In this document: positions 9,460 through 22,178 of the stretch, piece by piece
Numbering within the stretch: the first letter of the stretch is position 1
How the letters are laid out: the number at the start of each line of letters is the position of its first letter
Source of the DNA: Nitrospirota bacterium
Lineage (GTDB): Bacteria; Nitrospirota; JACRHJ01
Assembly (NCBI GenBank): GCA_963698885.1
Contig: CAVOSJ010000003.1
Coordinates: 553,250 to 617,249, forward strand
Length of the DNA stretch: 64,000 nucleotides
Reading direction: 5' to 3'
Position numbers and translations under genes: made by a program
Notes under the pieces: generated by a model
What the model was told of the DNA's origin: nothing
Database searches by the model: none
What the model saw: only the letters and a program-made list of their open reading frames with translations

Positions 9460-10587
9460 CTATTTTGAATCCCCGGTGTCTGGCAGCCGCGAGAGAGTCA
9501 CTCCCGGATAATAATACTGAAGTATCTCCTGGTAATTCTTCCCGGCTTCCGCCATGCCTTTTGCGCCGAATTGACAGAGACCTACACCATGCCCGGAACC
9601 TTTACCGATAAAGACAAAGTTATCCCCTTCTCTGTGCGCCTCGAACGCCGTACTCGGAAGTTTGGAATAGCCTACGGCTTTTCTGAAATCGGCGCCCTTC
9701 ATTACCACGCTACCCGACTGGCCAATCAGCCTTAGCTTCAATATCCTTTTTGACACGCTTCTCTCCAGCACTTTTATCGATTTAAGCCCGTTTATCATAT
9801 ACCCGGCCTGAATCAACGACTCGTCCAGTTCCGGGATTGCAATGCGCTTTTTCCATGTGTCATACGGGGAGTCCTTGCAGTAATTGCATACCCTGGATTT
9901 CAGGTAGGGATATTTAGTGTCCCATACGTTGCACGCGTCTTCTGTCGTGCCTCCGCAGGTGGAATGATATACCGCCTCTATCGGCGCTCCGCCATATGTC
10001 AGTATCTCTCCCGCCGTCTCCCTGGCCGCTATGGAAGGGCCTTCCTTTTCTTTCGCGCCGCCCGTGAACACCTGAGAGTTCACAGTCGCGCAGAGGTCGT
10101 AATCGACCGCGCACCGGCACGATTTCCTGTACATGGCATACGTCCGGGCCAGCACCGCCTGGGCTTTGAGCGCCTCTATCGGCCACTTCGAGCCCATCTC
10201 CTCGCCCACCACCGAACGGGTATAGTCCTCCAGGTCCAGCTCGTTTATTATCCTGTACCGGCCCCTGACGTTTCTTTTTATCTCTATGACGCCGGTCAAG
10301 GCGTAACGGTTGACGCGGACTATAATGCCTTCCGCGTTTATCCTTACGCCGCCCTCCGGACACCTGTCGCCTTCCAGGTCTATGCGCGTCCCGCCCTGCC
10401 CGTCAGGGTCAGGCGAAGCAATGCCCAGACCGGAGACACCTTCCACGTTATACTCCGGCGGAAAATTGAGCGTCACGCCGGGCAGGTCGTCCAGGACCAG
10501 CACGCGGACCTTTTCGGACGCGCAGGCAACCCGGGAAAACAGCAGCAGGCCTATGAACAGCACGAGGAGTTTAAGTATCGGTCTCAT
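9460..10587 (-). CDS. SpoIID/LytB domain protein (stage II sporulation D-like amidase enhancer)
   Basis: SpoIID core (YLKSVVGEEM..WPIEALKAQAVLARTYAMY). Probable true start MRPILKLLVLF (signal peptide) at 10587, overlapping the stop of the upstream DUF2905 gene (TAATG). Confidence 0.75.
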   Translation of the reverse strand: MRPILKLLVLFIGLLLFSRVACASEKVRVLVLDDLPGVTLNFPPEYNVEGVSGLGIASPDPDGQGGTRIDLEGDRCPEGGVRINAEGIIVRVNRYALTGVIEIKRNVRGRYRIINELDLEDYTRSVVGEEMGSKWPIEALKAQAVLARTYAMYRKSCRCAVDYDLCATVNSQVFTGGAKEKEGPSIAARETAGEILTYGGAPIEAVYHSTCGGTTEDACNVWDTKYPYLKSRVCNYCKDSPYDTWKKRIAIPELDESLIQAGYMINGLKSIKVLERSVSKRILKLRLIGQSGSVVMKGADFRKAVGYSKLPSTAFEAHREGDNFVFIGKGSGHGVGLCQFGAKGMAEAGKNYQEILQYYYPGVTLSRLPDTGDSK

Positions 10588-10805
10588 TATTTCCTGCCTA
10601 TGAGCCACAGGATGAGCGTCAGTATCAGGCTGGCGAGCAGGCCGGTGGCGAGCGGGAAGTAGAACGTAAAATTCTTCCTGTGTATGACTATGTCGCCTGG
10701 GAGTTTTCCTATCCACGGCAGCTTCCCGGATAAAAGGAACACGGCGCCCAAGACCAGCAGGACGGCGCCGGTTGTAATAAGTATTTTCCCAAGCTCCGCT
10801 GTCAT
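10587..10805 (-). CDS. DUF2905 family small membrane protein
   Basis: 72 aa, two TM helices, KLPGDIVIHRKNFTFYFPL motif. Confidence 0.55.
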   Translation of the reverse strand: MTAELGKILITTGAVLLVLGAVFLLSGKLPWIGKLPGDIVIHRKNFTFYFPLATGLLASLILTLILWLIGRK

Positions 10806-10807
10806 TT

Positions 10808-11860
10808 TTATTTTCCGGCGGCCCCGTTATCCGAAGTGATTTTTTCCAGGAGCTTCACCTGCTCCGGACGTCCGAGCGCAATCAGGCAATCGGCTTCCCG
10901 GAGGATGTCGCCGGGGTTCGGGTTGAATTCCATCTTCCCGTCCGCGTGTTTTATGGCGACGACTATGATGTCCAGGTCCTGCCTTATCCCGCTGTCCTTG
11001 ATCGCCCGCCCCACGAGGGAAGACCCTTTGCCGATAGTGACCTCTTCCATTTTTAGGTCCATGTTCTCGGACTGTGTCGCGAACTCGATAAAATCCACCA
11101 CCGCGGGCCTGAGCATCGCCTGGGCTATCCTGTCCGCCCCGATGTGATAAGGAGAGATGACCTTGCTCGCCCCGGCGCGCATGAGCTTCTGCTCCGAGCC
11201 TTCATCGCCCGCCCGCGCGACGATATAAAGCCCGTCGTTAAGTCCCCTTGCGGTCAGGACGATGTAGAGGTTGTCCGCATCCGTGGATACGACGGAAATC
11301 AGCCCCTTCGCGCTTTTTATCCCGGCCTCGACAAGCGTCTCGTCGCGGTCGGCGTCGCCCTGCATTATCAGGTATCTCTCCCAGTCCGCCTCTTCGATGT
11401 TTTCGGCGTTTCTCTCGATGACCACGAAAGGCACGGGACTGGCTGCGAGTTCGCGGCAGATAATCCTGCCCATCCTGCCGAACCCGCAGACGATGTAATG
11501 GTCCTTAAGCTTCTTTATCTTCTGCTCCAATTTCCTCCTCCCGAGGATGTCGGCCAACTCCCCTTCAAGCATCAGCCTCGTCGCGTTCCGCACCGCGAAG
11601 GCCACGGCCCCCAAACCGAAAAGTATAACGGTTATGGTAAACGCCTTGCCGGCCGGGTCCAGCGGATGGACCTCGCCATATCCAATCGTGGTGATCGTGA
11701 TTATGGTCATGAAAAGAGAGTCGAGGACATTCCAGCCCTCAAGCCGCGAATACCCCAGCGTCCCGCCGACCACCACGACCGCCAGCGCCAGCGCCGAGTA
11801 TAGTAATAGCTTCGCGCCGTCCGTCTTTTTTATGTTTAAGTCTTTAAGGCCCGGCATCAT
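10808..11860 (-). CDS. Potassium channel with TrkA-N/RCK and TrkA-C domains (MthK-like)
   Basis: Selectivity filter TITTIGYGEV. Rossmann fold IVCGFGRMGRII, C-terminal RCK. Likely start MMPGLK, overlapping the Mut7-C stop (ATGA). Confidence 0.8.
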   Translation of the reverse strand: MMPGLKDLNIKKTDGAKLLLYSALALAVVVVGGTLGYSRLEGWNVLDSLFMTIITITTIGYGEVHPLDPAGKAFTITVILFGLGAVAFAVRNATRLMLEGELADILGRRKLEQKIKKLKDHYIVCGFGRMGRIICRELAASPVPFVVIERNAENIEEADWERYLIMQGDADRDETLVEAGIKSAKGLISVVSTDADNLYIVLTARGLNDGLYIVARAGDEGSEQKLMRAGASKVISPYHIGADRIAQAMLRPAVVDFIEFATQSENMDLKMEEVTIGKGSSLVGRAIKDSGIRQDLDIIVVAIKHADGKMEFNPNPGDILREADCLIALGRPEQVKLLEKITSDNGAAGK

Positions 11861-12312
11861 CGCCCAATGGATTTTAAAGTTTGCGCTATCCTTACAGAGT
11901 GCGTGCCCGGCCAGTAAACCCTGCCGCAGGACGGACACTGTCTGAAATTTTTTTCCCGGCAGAGCACAAATTCGGGCACCCTGTCCCGGACATCGTCTTT
12001 CCCGGTCTCCCGAAGTACTTCGTTACAAACGGCGCACCGCGACAGTAAAGCAAATGAGGAGGGCGGCATTTTTAAAAAATCCAGCACCTGCGTGAGCTGG
12101 ACTTTTACCCGGTCGTCCGTTACCAGCAGCGCCTCCCCTTCGCGAAGCCTGCCGGCCAGCCGGGTATCCCGCGTCAGGATAAGCCTGCCCTCCTGCCGGG
12201 CCGTCCGCACAAGCTTATTGTCTTCGACGTCAGTCTCGTAAGACGTATCGAAGCCCAAGAGCCGAAGCCACTTGGCGAGTCTGCCCAGCATGGCGTCCGC
12301 GGCGAACTTCAT
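11857..12312 (-). CDS. Mut7-C RNAse domain (DUF82) protein
   Basis: PIN-like N-terminus plus C-terminal zinc ribbon (CAVCN..CPSCGRVYW). Confidence 0.6.
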   Translation of the reverse strand: MKFAADAMLGRLAKWLRLLGFDTSYETDVEDNKLVRTARQEGRLILTRDTRLAGRLREGEALLVTDDRVKVQLTQVLDFLKMPPSSFALLSRCAVCNEVLRETGKDDVRDRVPEFVLCREKNFRQCPSCGRVYWPGTHSVRIAQTLKSIGR

Positions 12313-12380
12313 CTGTGCATTTTACCGTAATGGGAAAAGGTAATAAAGGGTAAACTTAAGGGCAAGCTTAATTAATCGCG

Positions 12381-12797
12381 CTACTTCCGTTTTTCAATCC
12401 CGCTTAGGTAAACGGCACATTTGCCGCAATCCGTGCCGTTTTTGCAGTGCTTCCGGGTCAGTTCCCAGCAGGGGGTCGAACGGTCCACGAAGGCGGAACA
12501 TTGTTCCCGGACCTCTTCCGAACATCCCTGTATGTCCCAGCATGGCGCGTAATCCAGGAGCTTCTTCACTCCCTCTATGCTTATTTTCTTTGTATGGACC
12601 AGCTCGCGCACGCAACGGAGCCACTTGATGTTGTTGTCGGAATAGAACCGGTTCTTATTTCTTCTCGCGGGGCTTACCAGGCCGTGTTTTTCGTAAAGCC
12701 TCAGCGTCTGGTCCGTCGTCCCGACCAGTTCCGCGGCAATACCTATCGGATAAAGAGGCATGCTTTCCTTGCAAACCTTGTCATCGTTGTTTTCCAT
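12381..12797 (-). CDS. MerR-family transcriptional regulator with a C-terminal 8-Cys domain
   Basis: HTH_MerR (YPIGIAAELVGTTDQTLRLYEKHGLV). C-terminus CWDIQGC..C..CWELTRKHC..CGKC. Confidence 0.7.
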   Translation of the reverse strand: MENNDDKVCKESMPLYPIGIAAELVGTTDQTLRLYEKHGLVSPARRNKNRFYSDNNIKWLRCVRELVHTKKISIEGVKKLLDYAPCWDIQGCSEEVREQCSAFVDRSTPCWELTRKHCKNGTDCGKCAVYLSGIEKRK

Positions 12798-12932
12798 GCT
12801 TACTCCCCTTTGAGGATAGCTTAAAATTTACAGAAATATAACTACCGTATTATATTTGACGACTATTAGTACTGTAAAGGGCGACGTGTGTCAAGTAAAA
12901 ATTTAATTGAAATCCTAAGGCGCCCTTATAAC

Positions 12933-14202
12933 TCAGATTTTATGCAGGCTCGGGAAAAGAGAGGCGTCGGTATGGGGTAAAAACATGGCGGCCCGGTAAA
13001 GGCTCATGAACTCCGCGCTGGCGTTTAATTCCTTGTAAGTGACCATCGAGGCTATTCTCTCCATGTTTTCACGGGCGTCCCGGTCCAGGAGCGCAAAGGT
13101 AGCGCCTTTAAGCGAAGAGTTGCCCAGGAGCTTGAATTTATGAAGAGGGATGTCCGGGAGCATCCCGATGGAGACGGCCTTGTCCGCCGCAATATACTCG
13201 CCGAACGTGCCAGCCACGAAAAATGACTCGATATCATTAAAAGTTATGCCTATTTCGGTAGTAATAACCGTCAGCGCGGTGTACATGGCGGCCTTCGTCC
13301 GGATCAGGTTCTCTATATCTTTTTCGGTAAAGATTATGTCGCCCGTTACCTTATAGGCCAGCCCCGCTTCAGTTTCGATTATCCTTTTGGTTTTTGCCGG
13401 GATAAATTTGCCCCTGCCGTCAATTAAGCCCGTCCTGAAAAGCTCGGACAACAGGTCTATGAGCGCGGAGCCGCACATCCCTTCGGGCTGAACGCCGCCT
13501 ATTACGGTAAAGGACGGTTCATAGTCCGCGTCTATTTTTATCCTGTCTATCGCGCCGGGGGCCGCCCTCATGCCGGAATTCACCACTCCCCCTTCAAGCG
13601 CCGGGCCCGCCGCGCCCGCGCATGCGACCAGCCAGTCCCTGTTGCCGACGATTATTTCCGCGTTCGTCCCAACGTCCACCAGTATGGATATCCCGTCCCT
13701 ATCCGCCATCCCGGACGCAAGTATCCCCGCCAGGACGTCTCCGCCGACATAGCTCCCGACATTCGGCAGGACGAGGACCGGCGCTTCCGGCTTGATTTTC
13801 AGGCCTATATCCCTTGCGTTGAGTGCGCCGAAGCGGTTCGCGGCGGGCACATAAGGGGCGCGGCAGATATTGTACGGGTCCAGCCCCAGGAAGAAATGCG
13901 ACATCGTTGTGTTTCCGGATATGCAGGCGCAGGAAATATCGTTTACGGATACGCCCGCTATGTTCGGCAAGTTTCCCGGCCAGGCTGCTCACGCAGTCCA
14001 CCGCCGCCGTCCTCAGCTCTTCCAGTCCTCCGGCCTTAAGGCAGTGGTGAATCCGTGCGAGTATATCTTCGCCTATGGCGGTCTGGGGGTTGGTCTCCGA
14101 GGCCTCGGCCGGTAGACCGGCTTCAGGCAGTAAACCGGCTTCAGTCGCCTCTGTATTCAAATCGATCAGTTTGCCGACGATGTTCGTCGTGCCGAGGTCC
14201 AC
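12933..14202 (-). CDS. ASKHA-fold ATPase domain protein (DUF4445/RACo-C-terminal-like), apparent frameshift near 13700-13970
   Basis: N-terminus VDLGTTNIVGKLIDLNTE..NPQTAIGEDILARI (ASKHA phosphate-1 motif) in one frame. Remainder (GAGGPALEGG..GNSSLKGA) in another. GTG start 14202, defined by an upstream stop. Confidence 0.5.
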
Positions 14203-14465
14203 GGCAAGCCCGAAATTATTATTGACGCCGCTCCCCGCGGCTCCACGTCTATAAGCTCCGGCTCGCTTAAGAACCCTACCGTGGCGGTTATTTCAAAATT
14301 ATTCGCCCGCAGCGCTTCGGGCAGTTTACGGACTACCCATATGGGGACGTTTTGAATAGTTATCCCCTCGCGCCCAAGACCCGCCAGGACGCGTTCGAGG
14401 TCCGGGGTCTTGTCGTTATCCGAAGGGGTATGGAAGTTTCAGAAAATATTTTTTCACAAGCGGCG

Positions 14466-16377
14466 TCATCTGTCTGCTGCCGGTCCACCGGCCTCCCACA
14501 TTACTTTGCCCATGTCCCGCACGTCGTATCCTCCAAGGGCGGTGACCGCCTCGCGGAACTCTGAGTCTTCGCGGATTATGTTCAGAAGCGCAAGCACCTT
14601 CGGGTCGTCGTAATATTCGCCGGGGATGGCTAAGTCGTAGCGTTCCTGTGCGACAGGCAGGAAATCGAGCCCCAGCGCCCGCGCCGCCGCGAGTATCCCC
14701 AGCCCGGTATCCGCCGCCCCAGAGAGCACCGCGGATGCCACGCCCATGTGGGTGTACTCCTCGTGCTGGTATCCTTGCACCAAGGACGCCTCAATGCCCA
14801 GGCGTTTCAGGTACAGGTCGGTTAAAAGCCTTGTCCCCGCCCCGGCCTGCCGGTTCACGAAGACAACGTCAGGCCGCCGCAGGTCTTCAAAACCTTTTAT
14901 GCCTTTCGGGTTGCCCCTTTGTACCAGCAGCCCCTGCTCCCGGTAAACGAGGTTCACAAGGAATACCTTCCTGCCCGGCAGGTATTTCTTTAGGTATGAG
15001 ACGTTATATTCGCCCGTCTCCTCGTCCAGGAGGTGCGTCCCCGCGATATGCGCCTCGTTTCTCTTAAGCGCGATAATCCCGCCAAGGCTCCCGGTATGCG
15101 CGGAAGACAGGCCGAGCTTCGGGTTCCTTTTCTTCAGGAAATTTCCAAGCAGGTCAAGAGTATTGTCGTGGCTCCCTATGCAGACGACGGTATTTTCCAG
15201 TTCCTCCGAAGGCTTCAAAAGCTCCGCTTCGACACTGCTGCCCGCCGCAAGACCTTCCGAGGCCGCCGGGATGCGCACGATGCCGTCCGCCCGCACCAGC
15301 GTCATCAACACTCCCGCGCCCCGCTGCATCGGAGTCGCGATTACGTTCTCACCCACCTTGCCTATCTTCACCCGGACAAACTCCTCCTGCCCGAGCGGTG
15401 ATGACATCTGCCGGGAGAGCGTCGCCTTTATGCTCTGGGCCCTGGGGGGTTCCATCCCCTGCATTGCGTACAGGAGCGGGCGGGCGAAAAACTTGAAAAC
15501 AAGGTACGCCGAGACCGGATAACCCGGCACCCCTATTACCGGTTTGCCCTCCACCATCCCCAGTATCACGGGCTTTCCCGGCTTCGTGTTTATCCCGTGC
15601 AGGAACACTTCCCCAAGCTCGCTTATCGCCTGGTACGTATGGTCTTCCGACCCGGCGGAAGAGCCCGCGTTCACCGCTACGATATCGCATTCACGCACCG
15701 CTTCCAGCACCCTGGCCTTAAGCGCGCCAAGGTCGTCCGGCACTATATCGTACCTTTTAGCCTCCGCGCCCCACTCACTCAGCCATGCCGGAGAGCATGC
15801 GGGAGTTGTACTCGATGATGTCCCCTTTTTTAAGTTCCGTACCCGGCTGGACAAGCTCGTCTCCCGTAGGTATAAGACCCGCCTTCGGCCTTCGCCGCAC
15901 AAGAAGCTCGGTGATGCCTCCCGCAATCAGCGCCGCCTGGTCCGCCGGACGGACAAGGTGGTTCTCCGGAACTATCAGCTCCGTCGCCACGATGTCCTCT
16001 CCCACCACCCGCACGTGCTGCCAGGGGGTAGCGGGCTGGATTATCTCGATATAGATATTCTCTACGTCGTTTATGTCCTCCACCATTATGACGGAGTCCA
16101 TGCCGTCAGGGAGCGGGTTTCCGGTATTGACGTACAGCGCCTGCTCGCCCAGCTTCAGCTTTTTGGGATGATGTTCGGACGCGCCGACTGTATCGGCGAA
16201 GCGTACCGCCACGCCGTCCATCGCCGCCGAATGATAAAAAGGAGAAGATAATTTTGCCGCCACGGCCTCCGACGTCACCCGCCCAAGGGAATCGTCCACG
16301 CCGACCAGCTCGCCCGGAAGCGGCTTCCATACGCCCGCCTCGGTCAAGACGCCTCTGCCACAGGGCCAGCGCCTCAT
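14466..16377 (-). CDS. moeA: Molybdopterin molybdotransferase MoeA fused to a C-terminal periplasmic-binding-protein-like (PBP/ModA-like) domain, apparent frameshift near 15775-15926
   Basis: N-terminus ..SAAMDGVAVRF... In the second frame, GINTKPGKPVILG then a PBP-like domain (VVCIGSHDNTLDLLGN..). Confidence 0.75.
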
Positions 16378-16423
16378 CCAGCGGAGTAGCGGTTATGTAT
16401 ATTTTTCGCTGCAGCCATCTTAT

Positions 16424-16885
16424 TTATTTGCCGTCCCGACCGAAACGGAGGGATCTACAGTTGAATTGATTTATCAATATCAAAAGTACCAATGCTGTCA
16501 AATCGGTATCAGTTTTATAATTAAATTTTTCGCCATTTTCTAAAAACCACGATTTCCATTTCTTGATTATCTCTTCCTGAGCATCCTTAGGTGCAATATA
16601 TATATTCTCGCGTGACATCCAATCTGCAAAAAAAGGTAACTCTTGTTCATTCTTCAAGGTAAGCCAATATTTCCTATCTCTTTCTTGTTTAGTAAATATA
16701 TGTTTTGTAGTGCCTTTGAAATCCAAACCAGTCAAGTATCTTAATGCTCTAATACACCAAATAATATGCATTGATGATTTATGTTTTTCCTCATCGTTTG
16801 AATATATGGCGGTTTCCGGAATGTTTCGTAACTCTTTGATTAACAAGCAACCAGATTGATAAGGTTTCTCCGCAAGCAATTTCAT
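16424..16885 (-). CDS. Hypothetical protein encoded in an AT-rich islet
   Basis: 153-aa ORF in a ~35% GC segment (16440-17030) inserted between the two moeA paralogues. No recognisable domain. Confidence 0.4.
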   Translation of the reverse strand: MKLLAEKPYQSGCLLIKELRNIPETAIYSNDEEKHKSSMHIIWCIRALRYLTGLDFKGTTKHIFTKQERDRKYWLTLKNEQELPFFADWMSRENIYIAPKDAQEEIIKKWKSWFLENGEKFNYKTDTDLTALVLLILINQFNCRSLRFGRDGK

Positions 16886-17027
16886 TTGCGACTCATAATT
16901 TTCTGTTTCATATCCAAAGTTTGATACTGTCTTTACAATTTGAGGGTCGTCACATCTTTATTTGATTTGCATATGATAAGTCATACGAACATAAGAACAA
17001 TATAATAAGTATTCATTGGCATGTTAA

Positions 17028-18298
17028 TCAAATAACCTCACCGTTACTTTTTCGCCCTTTTAGAAGCCCCGGCTTCTCGACCGGTATCACCACCGTCCCG
17101 TGCGCCTTCACGAGGGTGGATATAAGGCCCGATTTTCCAAGCACCGGATGCGCGAAAAGCTCCCCTCCCTCGGACTTGAGCAGGACCCTCAGATGGTCCT
17201 CGCGTCCCGGCGCGGAGGAATAGTTCCGGGCCATCTTTGCCTCCACCACCCTGTACGTTCGGTATCCCGGCAATCCCCAGCGGGTCGGTCTCTCCGGATG
17301 CTTTTTTAATTAACGGCCCTAAAAAAAGTTCGAAGGATACCGTCACTGCGACCGGATGCCCCGGCAGGCCGAAAACCGGCTTGCCTTTGACCACCCCTAT
17401 TATAACAGGCTTTCCCGGCCTGACGGATACCCCGTGCACGAGCACGCCCGGTTCTCCCGCATCGTTTATCACCTTTGCCGTCAGGTCGCCTAGCCCGACG
17501 GAGCTGCCGCCTGTAAGCGCGACTATATCGCAATCGGCGAGGCCGTCTTCCACCGCCCCGCGTATCAGGCCGTAATCGTCTCTGAATATGCCTTTCAGCA
17601 CCGGGATCCCCGCCCGCCTGCCGCACAAGCCCGGCAAGGTTATATGAATTGACGTCCCGCACCTGCCCGGGAAGCGGCTTTTGCTCTGCCGGGATTATCT
17701 CGTTCCCCGTATTTATGATGGCTACTTTCGGCATTTTAAATACCAGCGGCCGCGTCACCCCTATCCCCGCCAGCGCGCCCAGGTCCTGCGGCCTGAGCCG
17801 GTGGCCCTTAGGGAGCACCGTCTCACCCGCCCTGATATCGTCGCCCGGCTGGACCACGTTCTCGCCCGGCGCAACGGGTTTCATTACCTCCACCTCGTCC
17901 GTGCCCAGGGTCTGCGTATGTTCCAGCATCACGACCGCGTCGGCCCCCTCCGGCAGCATCCCGCCGGTGGATATGGTAAAGACCTGCCCGCGCGGCAGCG
18001 GTTTTGAAGCCTGCTCGCCCATCTTTATTTCGCCCGCTAATTTCAGATAGGCCGGAAGTGATTCAGAGGCCCCGAACGTATCGCCGGAGAATACGGCGTA
18101 GCCGTCCATAGACGAGCGGGGGAATTCCGGGAGGGGGGTTTCGGAGACTATATCCGAGGCGAGCACGCGTCCGAGGGCGGAGGTCAACGGTAATTCCTCC
18201 GTCTGCGGCTCCGGCTGAACGTACGAGGAGTAAAAGATGCGGCGGGCCTCATCCACGGTTACCACTTCGCCCCGGCCCAGCATATCCTTGTAGCCCAT
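17028..18298 (-). CDS. moeA: Molybdopterin molybdotransferase MoeA (second paralogue), two apparent frameshifts (~17640 and ~17280)
   Basis: N-domain (SSMDGYAV, GQVFTISTGGMLPEGADAVVM). Middle (LTGGSSVGLGD..GVSVRPGKPVIIG). C-domain (RTYRVVEAK..GELFAHPVLGKSGLISTLVKAHGTVVIP) in three frames. Confidence 0.75.
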
Positions 18299-18382
18299 AG
18301 TTTCACTTATAGAGCAAAAAAGGCAGGCGGCTCAATGTAATAAGCCCCTGCCATTAGAGAAAGAAAAGTTACAGGTGTATCC

Positions 18383-18664
18383 CTACTTGCCGTCCACCAG
18401 TTCCTTCAGCTCCTTGCCCGCCTTAAAGAAAGGCACTTTTTTGGAAGGCACGGAAACGGGGGAGCCGGTCTTCGGGTTTCTGCCCTCGCGCTCTTTGCGG
18501 GAGCGGATCTTGAAGCTTCCGAAGCCTCTGATCTCGATTTTATCGCCGACGGCAAGGGCGTCTTTGATGCTGTCGAAAATGGTATTGATAATTACCTCGG
18601 TCTGCTTCTTGGTAAGACCGTCGACCTTGTCAGAGACCTTCTCAACAAGTTCCGCCTTAGTCAT
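18383..18664 (-). CDS. DNA-binding protein HU/IHF family
   Basis: MTKAELVEKV...GFGSFKIRSRKEREGRNPKTG..V.VP..KVPFFKAGKELKE, 93 aa. Confidence 0.85.
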   Translation of the reverse strand: MTKAELVEKVSDKVDGLTKKQTEVIINTIFDSIKDALAVGDKIEIRGFGSFKIRSRKEREGRNPKTGSPVSVPSKKVPFFKAGKELKELVDGK

Positions 18665-18724
18665 AAACTATTACCCCCCCGATTTATATGAAACTCTATG
18701 AGCTGTCATAAGATACTAAGCGAA

Positions 18725-18753
18725 TAAATAACATATCCATAACCTGTTGTCAA
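18725..18753 (-). promoter_or_regulatory. Candidate sigma-70 promoter for the HU gene (TTGACA, 17-nt spacer, TATTTA)
   Basis: rc of 18748-18753 is TTGACA and rc of 18725-18730 is TATTTA, ~60 nt upstream of the ATG. Confidence 0.4.
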
Positions 18754-18775
18754 GGTTAAAGATATCGTTTTTTTA

Positions 18776-19673
18776 TCACTTTATTTCCGGCGCGGCGTAC
18801 AGGTACATCATGCCCTGGAGGTTCTTTCCCAGGATGCCGCGGAAGAGGCTCCCGGCGTCTTTGCCTTTGAGGAGGTCCAAGATCGAGGTCTTTTTTTCTT
18901 CCGTAACCACCTTCGGCTCCCCTTGAATATTCGCCAGCTTCCCGGCAGCTTTTACGGCGTCGTCAAGGTCGCCAAGCTCGTCCACAAGGCCGACAGCCTT
19001 CGCCTGTCTTCCGGTATATACGCTCCCGTCCGCCAAGGCCCAGACGTCCTGCGTTTTCATCTTGCGTCCGGCGGCGACCGCGTCCACGAACTGCGAGTGC
19101 ACGTCGTGGAGCACATTCTGGAGGTACTCCCGCTCGTCGGGAGTCATCGTCCGCATGAAATCCCCCACGTCCTTGCGCTTGCCGACGGCGACGGTCTCGT
19201 CTTTGATCGCCGATTTTTTTCATCAGCTCACCCGCCGAGGCAAACTCCATAATGACGCCGATACTGCCCGTAAGGGTGCCGGGGTTGGCGATTATCTTGT
19301 CCGCGGCGGAGGCGATATAGTAACCTCCCGAGGCCGCGACAATGCCCATGGAGACGACGATTTTCTGGCCGGTCTTTTTGCGGATTTTATTTATTTCCTC
19401 ATAGATTTCCTGGCTGGGCACTACCGCCCCGCCCGGGCTGTTTATGCGCAGGATAATGGCTTTTACGGAGGTATCTTTGGAATATTTCTTTAGTTGGTCT
19501 ATTACGTCGTCGGAGTCGAGGATTATTCCTTCTATCTTCACAACCGCGACTTTATTGGAAGACACAAGCGGCGCTTCACCCAAAAAGAGTGAAGCGCCGG
19601 TTGAAAGCGCGATTATAATCGCGACAACGACAATTACCCCGACGATCAGGAAAGCAATTGGCTTCCTGTTCAT
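18776..19673 (-). CDS. sppA: Signal peptide peptidase SppA (36K type), apparent frameshift at the T7 homopolymer near 19210
   Basis: N-terminal TM, ClpP/crotonase fold (ILRINSPGGAVV..SMGIVAASGGYYIASAADKI). C-terminal part (VYTGRQAKAVGLVDELG) in a second frame. Confidence 0.75.
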
Positions 19674-19688
19674 CCAGCCTCCTGAAGC

Positions 19689-21444
<1,756 letters not shown>

Positions 21445-21542
21445 CAGACTACGTACCTCCGGTTTTTTAATTTTCAGGCTATAAAGCCTGAAATCGTGCA
21501 AGATTTAAATACTAACATATTTTATTACGGTTTTCCAGCATT

Positions 21543-22178
21543 TTATGCGGGATTACCCTGTTCAAGACTTTTTATTTCCGCCATTATCGCGTCGGCTATG
21601 CCCTGGTACCGCTCCTGCCGGCCTTTACCTTCCGTCTTTGAGAAATCCATCGGCTTTCCAAACGTCACCGAAACCTTCGTAAGCCGGAAAGACTTGTGTA
21701 CTTTCCCGAACGTCATATAACTTCCCCTCACATATACCGGCACCACCGGCACCTTCGCCAGAGAGACTATCATCCCGATTCCAGCCTTGCCCGGCTGTAA
21801 AGAGCCGTCCAGGCTTCTCGTACCCTCCGGGAACAGGCATACGGGCTCCCCTTTTTTAAGCCTGCCCAGTATCTCGTTCAGCGTCGTCTTGTCCAGCCGG
21901 TCGCGGTTTATGGGAAAGGCCTTACATCTGTCCAGAAAAAATTTCTTCCACGGCCTGTTGAACAGCGAGTCCCGCGCGACGAAATTTACCCTGCGCCACA
22001 GCGCCGTGCCTACAAAGGGGGGGTCGAGATAGCTCGCGTGGTTGCTGGCAAGGATGACAGGCCCCGTTTTCGGGACGTTTTCGCGGCCGATAATCCTGTA
22101 CCCGAATAAGATTTTAAACAGGATATAAAAGATGGTGTGCGATATGTCGTAGATGATATGCGTCTTAGGTCCCGGCAA
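21543..22178 (-). CDS. plsC: 1-acyl-sn-glycerol-3-phosphate acyltransferase
   Basis: NHASYLD and FPEGTRS motifs. Confidence 0.8.
   Translation of the reverse strand: MPGPKTHIIYDISHTIFYILFKILFGYRIIGRENVPKTGPVILASNHASYLDPPFVGTALWRRVNFVARDSLFNRPWKKFFLDRCKAFPINRDRLDKTTLNEILGRLKKGEPVCLFPEGTRSLDGSLQPGKAGIGMIVSLAKVPVVPVYVRGSYMTFGKVHKSFRLTKVSVTFGKPMDFSKTEGKGRQERYQGIADAIMAEIKSLEQGNPA

Noticed and set aside
9914-10662. Overlapping ORFs (149 aa minus, 232 aa plus) inside spoIID
   Set aside because: They are embedded in a well-supported SpoIID-domain gene, with Arg/Pro-rich GC-skew artefact composition.
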